Part shown: positions 27,397-36,240 of the stretch, one piece after another
Layout of the letters: each line of letters starts with the position of its first letter
Position numbering within the stretch: the stretch's first letter is position 1
Origin: Paracoccaceae bacterium
Lineage (GTDB): Bacteria > Pseudomonadota > Alphaproteobacteria > Rhodobacterales > Rhodobacteraceae
NCBI GenBank assembly: GCA_965229765.1
Contig: CBDDJT010000003.1
Span: 967,311-1,031,310, forward strand
DNA length: 64,000 nucleotides
Direction: 5' to 3'
The notes under the pieces: model-generated
What the model saw: only the letters and a program-made list of their open reading frames with translations
Databases searched by the model: none
Told to the model about the DNA's origin: nothing
Made by a program: the position numbers and the translations under genes

Positions 27397-28083
27397 CTAC
27401 CGCGCCGCCTCGGCCGCCGCCCGGATCGCGCGGATATTGGCGCCGTAGACCTCGGGGGCGTCCACCGATCCGCCCTTGAAGACACCCGATCCCGCCACCA
27501 GCACGTCCGCGCCCGCCGCCGCCACCAGCGGTGCGGTTTCCGGCGTCACACCGCCGTCGATCTCGACATGCACGGGCCGGTCGCCAATCATCGCGCGCAG
27601 CTGGCGCACCTTGCCCGTCATGTCGATGAAGCTTTGCCCGCCGAAGCCCGGGTTCACCGTCATCACGCAGACCAGATCGATCAGGTCCAGCACATGCGCG
27701 ACCGCCTCGGCCGGGGTGCCCGGGTTCAGCGCGACGCCCGCCTTCATCCCCGCCGCGCGGATCGCCTGCAGCGTGCGGTGGATGTGCGGCCCGGCCTCGA
27801 CATGGGCGGTCAGGATGTCGGCGCCGGCATCGGCGTAGGCCTGAATGTAGGGATCCACCGGCGCGATCATCAGGTGCACGTCCATCACCGTCTTTACATG
27901 CGGCCGGAACGCCTTGACCGCCGGCGGCCCGAAGGTGAGGTTCGGAACGAAATGCCCGTCCATCACGTCCACATGGACCCAGTCGGCGCCCTGCGTCTCG
28001 ATCGCCCGGATCTCGGCCCCGAAATTGGCGAAATCGGCGGACAGGATAGACGGCGCGATCTTGATGGAACGGTCAGGGGTCAT
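27397..28083 (-). CDS. rpe: Ribulose-phosphate 3-epimerase
   Basis: The hallmark N-terminus is IAPSILSADFANFGAEIRAIETQGADWVHVDVMDGHFVPNLTFGP, followed by VMTVNPGFGGQSF. The internal ATG 28083 was chosen. Confidence 0.9.
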   Translation of the reverse strand: MTPDRSIKIAPSILSADFANFGAEIRAIETQGADWVHVDVMDGHFVPNLTFGPPAVKAFRPHVKTVMDVHLMIAPVDPYIQAYADAGADILTAHVEAGPHIHRTLQAIRAAGMKAGVALNPGTPAEAVAHVLDLIDLVCVMTVNPGFGGQSFIDMTGKVRQLRAMIGDRPVHVEIDGGVTPETAPLVAAAGADVLVAGSGVFKGGSVDAPEVYGANIRAIRAAAEAAR

Positions 28084-28225
28084 GGCTGCACTCCGGGTTT
28101 GCGGCGTTCCCATAGCCCGCCCCGCGCGCCCCGTCGAGAGGCCTGCGCCCCGGGTCCGCGACCTTCAATCGCGACCGGCGCGCCGCCTGCCCCCGTGGCA
28201 TCCGGCAGTGTCTGGCGCGGTGACG

Positions 28226-29668
28226 TCATCCCCGCTGCGCCACGTCGGGCGGCGGGCTTGCCCCGGACGCGCCCAGCGCGAGCGCCGCCTCGGGCCCGCC
28301 GTGCCGCTCGATCAGCGCGGCCTGATCGGCAAAGGCCTGCGCATCCGCGGCATCGGGATCGCAGATTGCGCGCAGCGCCGCGTCCATCTCGGCCAGAACC
28401 CCCGCCCGCTCCGGGTCGCAGGCCAGGTTCACCAGTTCCTCGGGGTCCGTCTCCAGATCGAAAAGCTCGGGCGGGAAACCGACGTAATGGTTGTACTTCC
28501 ATCGCCCGCGCCGCAGCATGAACGCGCCAGAGACCGAACCGACCGCGTGATATTCGCTGAACACCGGGCGCTCTGGCTCGGCGGGCGCATTGGCGATGTC
28601 GTAAAGACTGCGCATCCCCTCGGCCGCGTCGATCCCGGTCCCGAAATGCTCGGCAATCGTCACCGACAGGTCCAGCAGGCTGACAGGCGTGTCACAGGTG
28701 CCCGGCGTGATTCCCGGCCCCGCCATCATCAGCGGCACGGCCACGCTTTCCTCGTAGAGGTTCGACTTGCCCCAAAGCCCCCGCGCGCCAAGGTTGTCGC
28801 CATGGTCCGACGTGTAGACAACCGTGGTGTCCCCGCCGTATCCCGCAGCCTCGAGCGACTGAAGGATGCACCCCACATTGTGGTCCAGCCACGTGCACAG
28901 CCCGTAATAGGCCGCGATGGCGCGCAGGCGCTCGTCCTCGTCACGGAACTTGGCCTCGCTGTCCATGAAGGACGCCTGCTTGTCCACCCAGGGGTGCCGT
29001 GCATGGCCGTCGCGCGGGTGCAGTTTGACCGGCGGCAGGCTGTCCGTCGGATAGAGGTCATAGAACTCCTGCGGCACCACCAGCGGGAAATGCGGCGCCA
29101 CCAGCCCGACATAAAGGCACCATGGCCGGTCGTCGCCAGAGGCGCGGCGGGCGTGCAGCCAGTCCTCGGTGCGGGCGGTCACGGCAGCGTCGTAATCGGT
29201 GTATTTGCTGGTGCCCGGGCCGACATGATCCCCCAGCATCCGCCCCCCGCGCGGGGTCCGCTCGTTCTCGCGCCGGATAGAGGCCCAGACCATCCCGACG
29301 CCGCCCGCCACCATCATCGGGATATGTTCCACGTCGAAACCGGCAGGATCCCCGGCAGCCCGATAGTGCAGCTTGCCGATCGATTCCACCGGCACGCCGC
29401 TGGCCTGAAGCGCATGACCCCAGCCGGGGACAGACCCGTCATAGGGCATGGCGTTGTCCCACATCCGCGTCTGGTGCGCATAGCGGCCGGTGGCGAAACT
29501 GGCCCGCGCGGGCACGCAGATCGGCGAGGGCGTGTAGGCATTGGCAAAGCGCATCGATCGGGCCGCCAGCGCGTCGATATGCGGCGTCTGGACGAACGGA
29601 TGCCCGGCACAGCCCATCGCGCGCGACTGGTGCTCATCGGACATGATGACAAGTAGGTTCGTGGTCAT
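28226..29668 (-). CDS. Cys-type sulfatase (alkaline-phosphatase superfamily)
   Basis: The sequence begins LLVIMSDEHQ, and the formylglycine motif C-x-P-x-R appears in SPICVPARASFATGRY. Confidence 0.85.
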   Translation of the reverse strand: MTTNLLVIMSDEHQSRAMGCAGHPFVQTPHIDALAARSMRFANAYTPSPICVPARASFATGRYAHQTRMWDNAMPYDGSVPGWGHALQASGVPVESIGKLHYRAAGDPAGFDVEHIPMMVAGGVGMVWASIRRENERTPRGGRMLGDHVGPGTSKYTDYDAAVTARTEDWLHARRASGDDRPWCLYVGLVAPHFPLVVPQEFYDLYPTDSLPPVKLHPRDGHARHPWVDKQASFMDSEAKFRDEDERLRAIAAYYGLCTWLDHNVGCILQSLEAAGYGGDTTVVYTSDHGDNLGARGLWGKSNLYEESVAVPLMMAGPGITPGTCDTPVSLLDLSVTIAEHFGTGIDAAEGMRSLYDIANAPAEPERPVFSEYHAVGSVSGAFMLRRGRWKYNHYVGFPPELFDLETDPEELVNLACDPERAGVLAEMDAALRAICDPDAADAQAFADQAALIERHGGPEAALALGASGASPPPDVAQRG

Positions 29669-30293
29669 GACAGGTGGTTCCTTTGGTCTGCGGCGGCCTG
29701 GCGCTTGTCCGGCGCACGCGGACGCGCCGCCGCACCTACGGTCCGCTTCGCGCTCGTCCGCGCAAGGCGACAGGTCGGCAACGGTCGCGGCTGCACGGGT
29801 TCTGCATCGGCGGTCGGGTCGGAAATCTCGGCCAAGGTCGTCTCCTTGCCGGTATGTTTCCCGGATAACGCCACGGGTTCAACTGCATCGTTGCGCCCTC
29901 ACCACCTGACCCTCATGCGACACAGGCCCCGTTGTCCAGCGGCCATGCCCATGAGGCGGCGATGCTGTCTGGCACATGCGGCGATCGCGCCACCATCTGC
30001 GCCACCGGGGTCTGGGCCAGAGTGGACGCCGCGCGAGGATCCGGCCACGCCTGCGGCCCGTCCTTGGGCGGCAAGAGGACCGGTTCGGCCCTGCCGACGA
30101 TCGGCGACGCAAGGCTGTCGGTGATCGCCACGAACGGCGACGCGGCATCGCCGCCTCGCAGCGCGCGGTCGAGGTGCCCCGGCACCGGATGCCGGAGAGG
30201 GTCTTCTAAATCCCCGCCCTGCTGCTATTGGGGCTCGTGATACTGCTGCACCACCGCCGCCAGACCAAACCGGCGTTCTAGAAAGGCAAGGCC

Positions 30294-30530
30294 ATGTTCA
30301 AGACCGTCCTTCTGCCCGTCGATCTGTCCTCCCCGCCCAGATGGGAAAACGTGCTGCACACCGCCGCCGTCCTACGCGATCGCGCGATCATCGCGGCCGC
30401 GCACGGGCTGGAGGTCGGAGCCATCGCCATGGTCTCGCCCCGGCGGGAACCGTCGGACGACCGGCCGGGCCCGAACGCCGCCCGCGCCGTCTGCCACGCC
30501 CGCCGGTCGGTCTTCGTGGTCTGGGGCTAG
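30294..30530 (+). pseudogene. Universal stress protein (UspA family) remnant. It is 78 codons long, versus roughly 145 aa for the USPs I recall; the two ends are retained and the core is missing.
   Basis: The N-terminus MFKTVLLPVDLS and the C-terminus GPNAARAVCHARRSVFVVWG match the two ends of USPs. The ATP-binding middle is absent. Confidence 0.5.
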
Positions 30531-30534
30531 CGGC

Positions 30535-31860
30535 ATGGCGAACCACCTTTTCGGCCGCTCGCCGGCCTCCCTGCCCGTCGCCGTCCGCGGTGAAGGCTGT
30601 TATATCCACGATGCGCAGGGCCGTGCCTATCTCGACGGCTCTGGCGGGGCGGCCGTGTCCTGCCTCGGCCATTCCGATGAAAAGGTCCGCGCCGCGATCC
30701 GCGCCCAGCTCGACCGCCTTGCCTTTGCCCACACCGGCTTTTTCAACACCGAGGCTGCCATGGGGCTGGCCGACAAGCTGATCGCCAACGCACCCGATGG
30801 AATCGACCGCGTCTACCTGCTGTCTGGCGGATCCGAAGCCGTAGAGGCGGCAATCAAGCTCGCACGCCAGTTTTGGCTCGAAATCGGCCAGCCCGGACGG
30901 CACAAGCTGATTGCCCGGCGGCAAAGCTATCACGGCAACACGCTGGGTGCGCTGGCCGCTGGCGGCAACGCCGGGCGGCGCGAGAATTACGCACCGCTTC
31001 TGGTGGAAACCCACCACATCGACCCCTGCTTCGACTATCGCCACCGCGCCGAGGGCGAGACGCCCGAGGCCTACGCCGAACGCGCCGCAAACGCGCTGGA
31101 ACACGAGATCCTGCGCCTCGGTCCCGAAACCGTGATGGCCTTCATCGCCGAACCCGTGGTCGGCGCGACGGCGGGCGCGGTGCCCCCGGTCGGGGACTAT
31201 TTCCGGCGCATCCGCCAGATCTGCGACCGCCACGGTGTCCTGCTGATCCTTGACGAGGTGATGTGTGGCATGGGCCGCACCGGCACGTTCTTCGCCTGCG
31301 AACAGGACGGGATCGCGCCGGACATCGTGACCATCGCCAAGGGGCTGGGGGCGGGATACGCCCCCCTTGGCGCCATGCTGTGCAGCGCCACCATCCATGA
31401 CGCCATCGCGCAAGGCTCTGGCAGTTTCCAGCACGGGCACACCTATCACGCCCACCCGCTGGCCGCCGCCGCCGGGCAGGCAGTGCTGGGCCGTATCCTC
31501 GACGACGGGCTTCTTGAACAGGTGCGCGCGCGCGGCGACACGCTGAACGCCGCGCTGCACGCCCGGTTCGGCCATCACCCGCACGTGGGCGACATCCGGG
31601 GCCGCGGGCTGTTCCGGGCCATCGAACTGGTCGAGGATCGCGACACCAAGCGCAGCTTCGACCCCGCGCGCAAGATCCACGCCCGCGTCAAGGCGCGCGC
31701 CATGGACGCGGGGCTGATCTGCTACCCGGCGGGCGGCACCGTCGACGGCAGGCGGGGCGACCACGTGCTGCTGGCCCCGCCCTTCATCATCACCGATGAC
31801 GAAATTGACCTTCTGGTCGACCGTCTGGCCGGCGCGGTTGACGCCGCACTGGCCGCCTGA
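30535..31860 (+). CDS. Class III (omega) PLP-dependent aminotransferase
   Basis: GGAAVSCLGHSDEKV, SGGSEAVEAAIKLARQF, LILDEVMCGMGRTG and DIVTIAKGLGAGY (PLP lysine). Confidence 0.85.
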   Translation: MANHLFGRSPASLPVAVRGEGCYIHDAQGRAYLDGSGGAAVSCLGHSDEKVRAAIRAQLDRLAFAHTGFFNTEAAMGLADKLIANAPDGIDRVYLLSGGSEAVEAAIKLARQFWLEIGQPGRHKLIARRQSYHGNTLGALAAGGNAGRRENYAPLLVETHHIDPCFDYRHRAEGETPEAYAERAANALEHEILRLGPETVMAFIAEPVVGATAGAVPPVGDYFRRIRQICDRHGVLLILDEVMCGMGRTGTFFACEQDGIAPDIVTIAKGLGAGYAPLGAMLCSATIHDAIAQGSGSFQHGHTYHAHPLAAAAGQAVLGRILDDGLLEQVRARGDTLNAALHARFGHHPHVGDIRGRGLFRAIELVEDRDTKRSFDPARKIHARVKARAMDAGLICYPAGGTVDGRRGDHVLLAPPFIITDDEIDLLVDRLAGAVDAALAA

Positions 31861-31901
31861 TCCCGAAGGCGCCAGCCGCCGATCACGGAAAAATCACGGC
31901 G

Positions 31902-33257
31902 ATGTCCCAGGCAGGGGCCACACTGGTCCCTGCCGAAGGACGCCCGCCCATGTTCGCCCCCGCCAGACAGACCCGACCGCCGCGCCGAGACCCCGCGCAA
32001 CACGTCGCGCTGCCGCGGAACGCGGGGTACTTCTTTCCCGCCGCCGCTCCGGCGGAACCACGCTCCGCCGACGCCATCGACGCCCTTGCCCGGGCCCTGG
32101 CCGATCAGCCGCGCCCCACGCCGGACCGTGCACCGATCCCTGCGCTCTATGCCGACTGGGCCGAACTCGTGGCGCGCGATCTGGGCTGCGCCTTCCCGGC
32201 GACGCCCCCCCGGGACGCCGGCGCCGGCGCCGGTGCCGGTGCCAAGGCCGGTGCAGGGCAATCGGACAGCGCGTCCCTGCAAGGCGCCGGCACCGGCCGT
32301 CTGGACCTGTCGCCTGTCTTTGGTGAACCGCGCCTTTCCCACGGCTGGCTGGCAAGAGCGCTTGACCGGGCACAGCGCCGCCTGCTCTCCGCAGCGCCCG
32401 CCGCGGGCCAGTGCGCAGGCACTGCCGAGGCCGCGGGCGCATGGGCCCGCCGTCAGGTCAGCTGGAGCTGGCAATGGCTGGTGCTCAACCAGTTCCTGCC
32501 CACGATCGCGGATGACTGGATTCTGGCCGAGGTGGTCCGGGACGGCGCCCCGCTCTACCGCCAGTTCCGCGCCAGCATGGCGCCCGGACGGACCGGCGAC
32601 CTTCCGGTTCCGGTCGAGTTCAGTTGCGCGGCCTTCGGCTTTGTCGCATCGATGGCGCGGCCCGGCCGCCCCGACCCCGGAATGCCCGGCTTTGCCCTTG
32701 CGGCGCTGCGGGTGCTGGACCCGATGGCAGCTGCGGCGGGCATCGCGACCGGCCCGGCCCCCGGCATCGGGCGCATGGCTTCGACCGCGCGGCGCATCGA
32801 CACCTGCATCGCCCCCACTCCCGACGCCGCCGAACCCGCCGCCGCACTGGCGCGTGACCACCTGCGGGCGGGCCTGCGGATCGACCTTCCCAGTGCACAG
32901 GCCTGCCTCGACGCGCTGGAGGAGATGGGCATCGTCCTGCCGCGTCTCTCGCCCGATGAACTCGCCACGGGCTCCGCCGCCGCCGCGATCCGCGCCGGCC
33001 GCTTCGATCTGGACACACCCCTCTGGTTCTACATCCTCAAAGAGGCGGAGCTGCGCGAACACGGTGCCCGGCTTGGCGCACTGGGAAGCCGGCTGGTGGC
33101 CGAGACACTGGTGGGCATCGTCCAGACCGACCCGACCTCATACTGGCAGGCGGGCGGCTCGGACGCGGGGCGCTGGCACCCGAACGACGGCCCGAAACCG
33201 CTGGCGCGCCCGCTCAGCAGCCTTGAGGAGATCCTGCACGTGGCCCACGCACCATAG
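31902..33257 (+). CDS. Animal-haem-peroxidase-family-like protein, short and apparently degenerate (both haem histidine motifs substituted)
   Basis: Family landmarks are RLDLSPVFG (LDLSxxYG block), WLVLNQFLPTI, PVEFSCAAFGFVASMA, RAGLRIDLPSAQA, and TPLWFYILKEAELREHGARLGALGSRLVAETLVGIVQTDPTSYW. The start is uncertain because the RBS is weak. Confidence 0.6.
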   Translation: MSQAGATLVPAEGRPPMFAPARQTRPPRRDPAQHVALPRNAGYFFPAAAPAEPRSADAIDALARALADQPRPTPDRAPIPALYADWAELVARDLGCAFPATPPRDAGAGAGAGAKAGAGQSDSASLQGAGTGRLDLSPVFGEPRLSHGWLARALDRAQRRLLSAAPAAGQCAGTAEAAGAWARRQVSWSWQWLVLNQFLPTIADDWILAEVVRDGAPLYRQFRASMAPGRTGDLPVPVEFSCAAFGFVASMARPGRPDPGMPGFALAALRVLDPMAAAAGIATGPAPGIGRMASTARRIDTCIAPTPDAAEPAAALARDHLRAGLRIDLPSAQACLDALEEMGIVLPRLSPDELATGSAAAAIRAGRFDLDTPLWFYILKEAELREHGARLGALGSRLVAETLVGIVQTDPTSYWQAGGSDAGRWHPNDGPKPLARPLSSLEEILHVAHAP

Positions 33258-33368
33258 CCGCACCAACGCCCGCGCCCGGCCGCCAAACGGGCTTGCCGGG
33301 CTTCTCGTATCGACTACCCTGACACGGCCAGTTTCCAGATGCCGTGACAAGTGACCCGGAGGACCGAG

Positions 33369-34463
33369 ATGACGACCGCGAACACGTCCAATACATCCAA
33401 CACATCGAACACGTCCAATACCTCGAACACCTCCAACACGTCGAACACTTCCAATACATCGAACACCTCCAACACCTCGGGGATGGAGTTCGCACACGCC
33501 GGCTCTGGCAGTTCGGCGTTTCTCAGCCGCACACTGCTCGACACCGCCGCCGAGGCGACGGAAACCATTGCTCACGCCTCGGTCGACATCGACCCGGCGC
33601 GCATTGCCCCGCGCGACCCCGGCGCCGCCTTCCGCGCCATGAACCCCCGCCACCGGGCGGAACTGCTGGTCAGCACCCTGATGGATGGCGTGGACATCGT
33701 GCCGCTTGGCCCGACCGAGGCCGGGGGCTGGTTCACCGGCGACCTCACGGACCACCAGATCGCCGGGCTGACGCTGGGCGGGACCACCGTGCCCGTGACA
33801 GCGCTGGCGCGCGGCGCCTCGGACGAGGCCTACTGGACACGTCAGCTGCGAGAGGTGCTGGCGCTGGCCTCGGAACGCTGGATCCGCATGGACGAGATCG
33901 TCGCCCAGCAGACCGATATCCTCAGCTACCTCGCCCTGCCCGCGCGGCTGGGGCCGGTGACGCACCCCTGGACGATGGGCTTTCTCGCCGCCGTGCATGA
34001 ATTCACCGTGCGCGTGACGATCCGGGTCAAGGCGATCCATGACATGACCCGCCCCGTGGACTTCGCGCCAGAGGTCGTGCCGGTGATCCAGACGCCGGCC
34101 CATTCCGCATTTCCCAGCGGCCATGCCACGGAATCGCACGCGCTGGCCGAAACGCTTGGCGCGCTCTACGGGCCGCGCACCGGCGCTCTGATCGACCCGA
34201 TATCCGAGCGTATCGCGCTCAACCGTGTGGTGGCGGGCGTGCATTATCCCGTCGATGGCGAGGCGGGGCGCGCCCTTGGCCGCCTGCTGGGCCGGGTTGC
34301 CATCGCCCGGCTGAAGGGAGAGGCGCTGAGCGTGCAACTCACCCCCGTCGCGGGCAGCTGCCGCGCCGCCGGCGCAGAAGGTACCGTGACGCTTGCCGCC
34401 GCGCCGCGCCCGGCGGTCCTCGAATGGATCGCGGCGCGGATCGCCGAGGAACTGGGCGCCTGA
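33369..34463 (+). CDS. PAP2 / vanadium-haloperoxidase-like protein with an N-terminal (Asn-Thr-Ser)x11 repeat
   Basis: GGAGGA lies 5 nt upstream of ATG 33369. All three PAP2 motifs are intact: KAIHDMTRP (Kx6RP), PSGHAT (PSGH) and NRVVAGVHYPVDGE (Rx5Hx3D). I saw no signal peptide or TM segment. Confidence 0.75.
   Translation: MTTANTSNTSNTSNTSNTSNTSNTSNTSNTSNTSNTSGMEFAHAGSGSSAFLSRTLLDTAAEATETIAHASVDIDPARIAPRDPGAAFRAMNPRHRAELLVSTLMDGVDIVPLGPTEAGGWFTGDLTDHQIAGLTLGGTTVPVTALARGASDEAYWTRQLREVLALASERWIRMDEIVAQQTDILSYLALPARLGPVTHPWTMGFLAAVHEFTVRVTIRVKAIHDMTRPVDFAPEVVPVIQTPAHSAFPSGHATESHALAETLGALYGPRTGALIDPISERIALNRVVAGVHYPVDGEAGRALGRLLGRVAIARLKGEALSVQLTPVAGSCRAAGAEGTVTLAAAPRPAVLEWIAARIAEELGA
33381..33479 (+). 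repeat. In-frame 9-bp microsatellite-like repeat encoding (NTS)x11, with synonymous wobble variation
   Basis: The sequence runs aacacgtcc aatacatcc aacacatcg aacacgtcc aatacctcg aacacctcc aacacgtcg aacacttcc aatacatcg aacacctcc aacacctcg. Confidence 0.95.
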
Positions 34464-34471
34464 GGCCGGGG

Positions 34472-36133
34472 ATGGAATTTCGACCGATCTCCCCCGCGCG
34501 CCACCCGCCCGGAACGCTGCCGCGCAACCTGCTGCCGGTGGCGCTGTCCTGCCTGCGGGGTGACGACACCCGAACGCGTGCCCTGATCCCAGCCGAGGGC
34601 ACGGACACCGCCGTGATCTCTGCCGCCGACATCGCCGCCGCCCGGCCCTTTCCCGGCGGCGAGGATCACCTGATCGGTCCGCCCGCCCGGGCCCCCGGCA
34701 GCCTGCACGCCGACGCGCCGCCGGGTCCGCCCGGCCCGCCCCGCCTGCCGCGCGTGGCCATCATCGACATCGGCACCGCCTTCTGGCTGCCTGCCTTCCG
34801 GCGCACCGACGGCACCCCGGCCTTCACCGCCGTCGCGATGATCGAGGCAGAGCCCGACGCCGCCCCCCGCGTGTCGGTGCTGGGCCGCCCTGCGATCGCG
34901 GGTCTGTGCGATCTTTTCGACAGGCACGGCAATGGCGCGGTCGTGGCGCGGCTGGCGCAGGCCTACCCCGGCTCGATCTACGGCGACGGCGGCGGCACGC
35001 GCCCCGCGCTCGGCCCCCGCGGGATGGCGCATGGCACCGCGATGGCCAGCCTGATCCTGCGCGACCGCCCCCTGCCCGGCCTTGTCGCGGTAGAGCTTCC
35101 GGCACAGGCCTATCTCGACCGCTCGGGCGACGTGCTGCGCGGTCTGGCCGTGCCGGCGGTGGCGCAGGCGATGGCGCTTGCCGGCCCCGGGCCCGCGCCG
35201 CTTCACGTCGCGCTGTCCTTTGCCTATCTCGGCGGTCCCTCGCCCGCCGACGGCGACGCCGGCGATCCGCTGCACGCCGCGCTGGAAGCCACGCTCGCGG
35301 CCCGGCAGGGGGACACCTGGCTTTACCTGCCCACCGGCAACCAGCTTCAGTCACGCCAGCACCTGCGCTGCGGCGACATCGCGCCCGGTGCGGGCACCGG
35401 GCCGCTGACCTGGGACATTCCCGGCGCCGACCCGACCCCAAACACCGTCGAACTGCACTGGACCGGCGCGGGTCCGGTCCGCCTGACCCTCACCGATCCC
35501 GCCGGGCAGGCCGCCCATGCCACGCTGTCGCCCGGCGACGTGGTCGCCGCGGGCACGCCCGCCCCGATCGCCGCCGCACATCTGATGGAGCGCGGCGGCT
35601 GGCACAGCCTGCGGATCACGCTGGCGCCCACCCGTGGCCCCAACGCCGCGCCCGCCGGGCAATGGACCGTCGCCCTGCACACCGACCACGCGCTTGGCGA
35701 CCTGCACGGCATGGTGCTGCGCGACGATCCCCCGGGCCTGGCAGAGCTTGTGCGCGCCAGCCGCCAGTCTCGCTTTTTCGATCCCGCCTATCCTCACCGA
35801 GCGCCGAACGGGCTGCCCATCACCGACGATCCCTCGGCACCGCAATCGGTGATCCGGCGGCGCGGCACCGCTTCGCACCTTGTGCTGGGTCAGCGCACCC
35901 GGCGCGTGGCGGTCACAGCGCTGGAACTGGGCCGCCGCACCCCCGGCGACGTGCCCGCGCCCTATGCCGGGCGCCTTCCGAACGGGCAGGATGCCGGCGG
36001 GCTTCTGCCCGTGGCAGTGGGCACCACCCTGCGGCCGGGCATCGTCACACGCACCAGCGGCGGCGGCGCCCATGCCCGGCTGGCCGGAACGTCCGTCGCC
36101 GCGGCCGAGGCGATCCGCATGGCGCTCCGCTAG
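34472..36133 (+). CDS. Divergent S8 (subtilisin-like) serine peptidase-like protein, leaderless
   Basis: Triad-like motifs occur in D-H-S order: RVAIIDIGTAF (Asp ~99), MAHGTAMASLI (His ~187) and LAGTSVAAAEAI (Ser ~541 of 553). GAGG lies 6 nt upstream of ATG 34472, which is 8 nt after the PAP2 stop. Confidence 0.6.
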   Translation: MEFRPISPARHPPGTLPRNLLPVALSCLRGDDTRTRALIPAEGTDTAVISAADIAAARPFPGGEDHLIGPPARAPGSLHADAPPGPPGPPRLPRVAIIDIGTAFWLPAFRRTDGTPAFTAVAMIEAEPDAAPRVSVLGRPAIAGLCDLFDRHGNGAVVARLAQAYPGSIYGDGGGTRPALGPRGMAHGTAMASLILRDRPLPGLVAVELPAQAYLDRSGDVLRGLAVPAVAQAMALAGPGPAPLHVALSFAYLGGPSPADGDAGDPLHAALEATLAARQGDTWLYLPTGNQLQSRQHLRCGDIAPGAGTGPLTWDIPGADPTPNTVELHWTGAGPVRLTLTDPAGQAAHATLSPGDVVAAGTPAPIAAAHLMERGGWHSLRITLAPTRGPNAAPAGQWTVALHTDHALGDLHGMVLRDDPPGLAELVRASRQSRFFDPAYPHRAPNGLPITDDPSAPQSVIRRRGTASHLVLGQRTRRVAVTALELGRRTPGDVPAPYAGRLPNGQDAGGLLPVAVGTTLRPGIVTRTSGGGAHARLAGTSVAAAEAIRMALR

Positions 36134-36240
36134 GGCCCGTCACACCGGATCGGATTTTCCGCCGCCCCGGACCGCAATCGCTGCCTCCGGGGCAGTGGCG
36201 AATGCACCAGTCCGATCGGGTGCGACAGGTCCCGGTCCGT

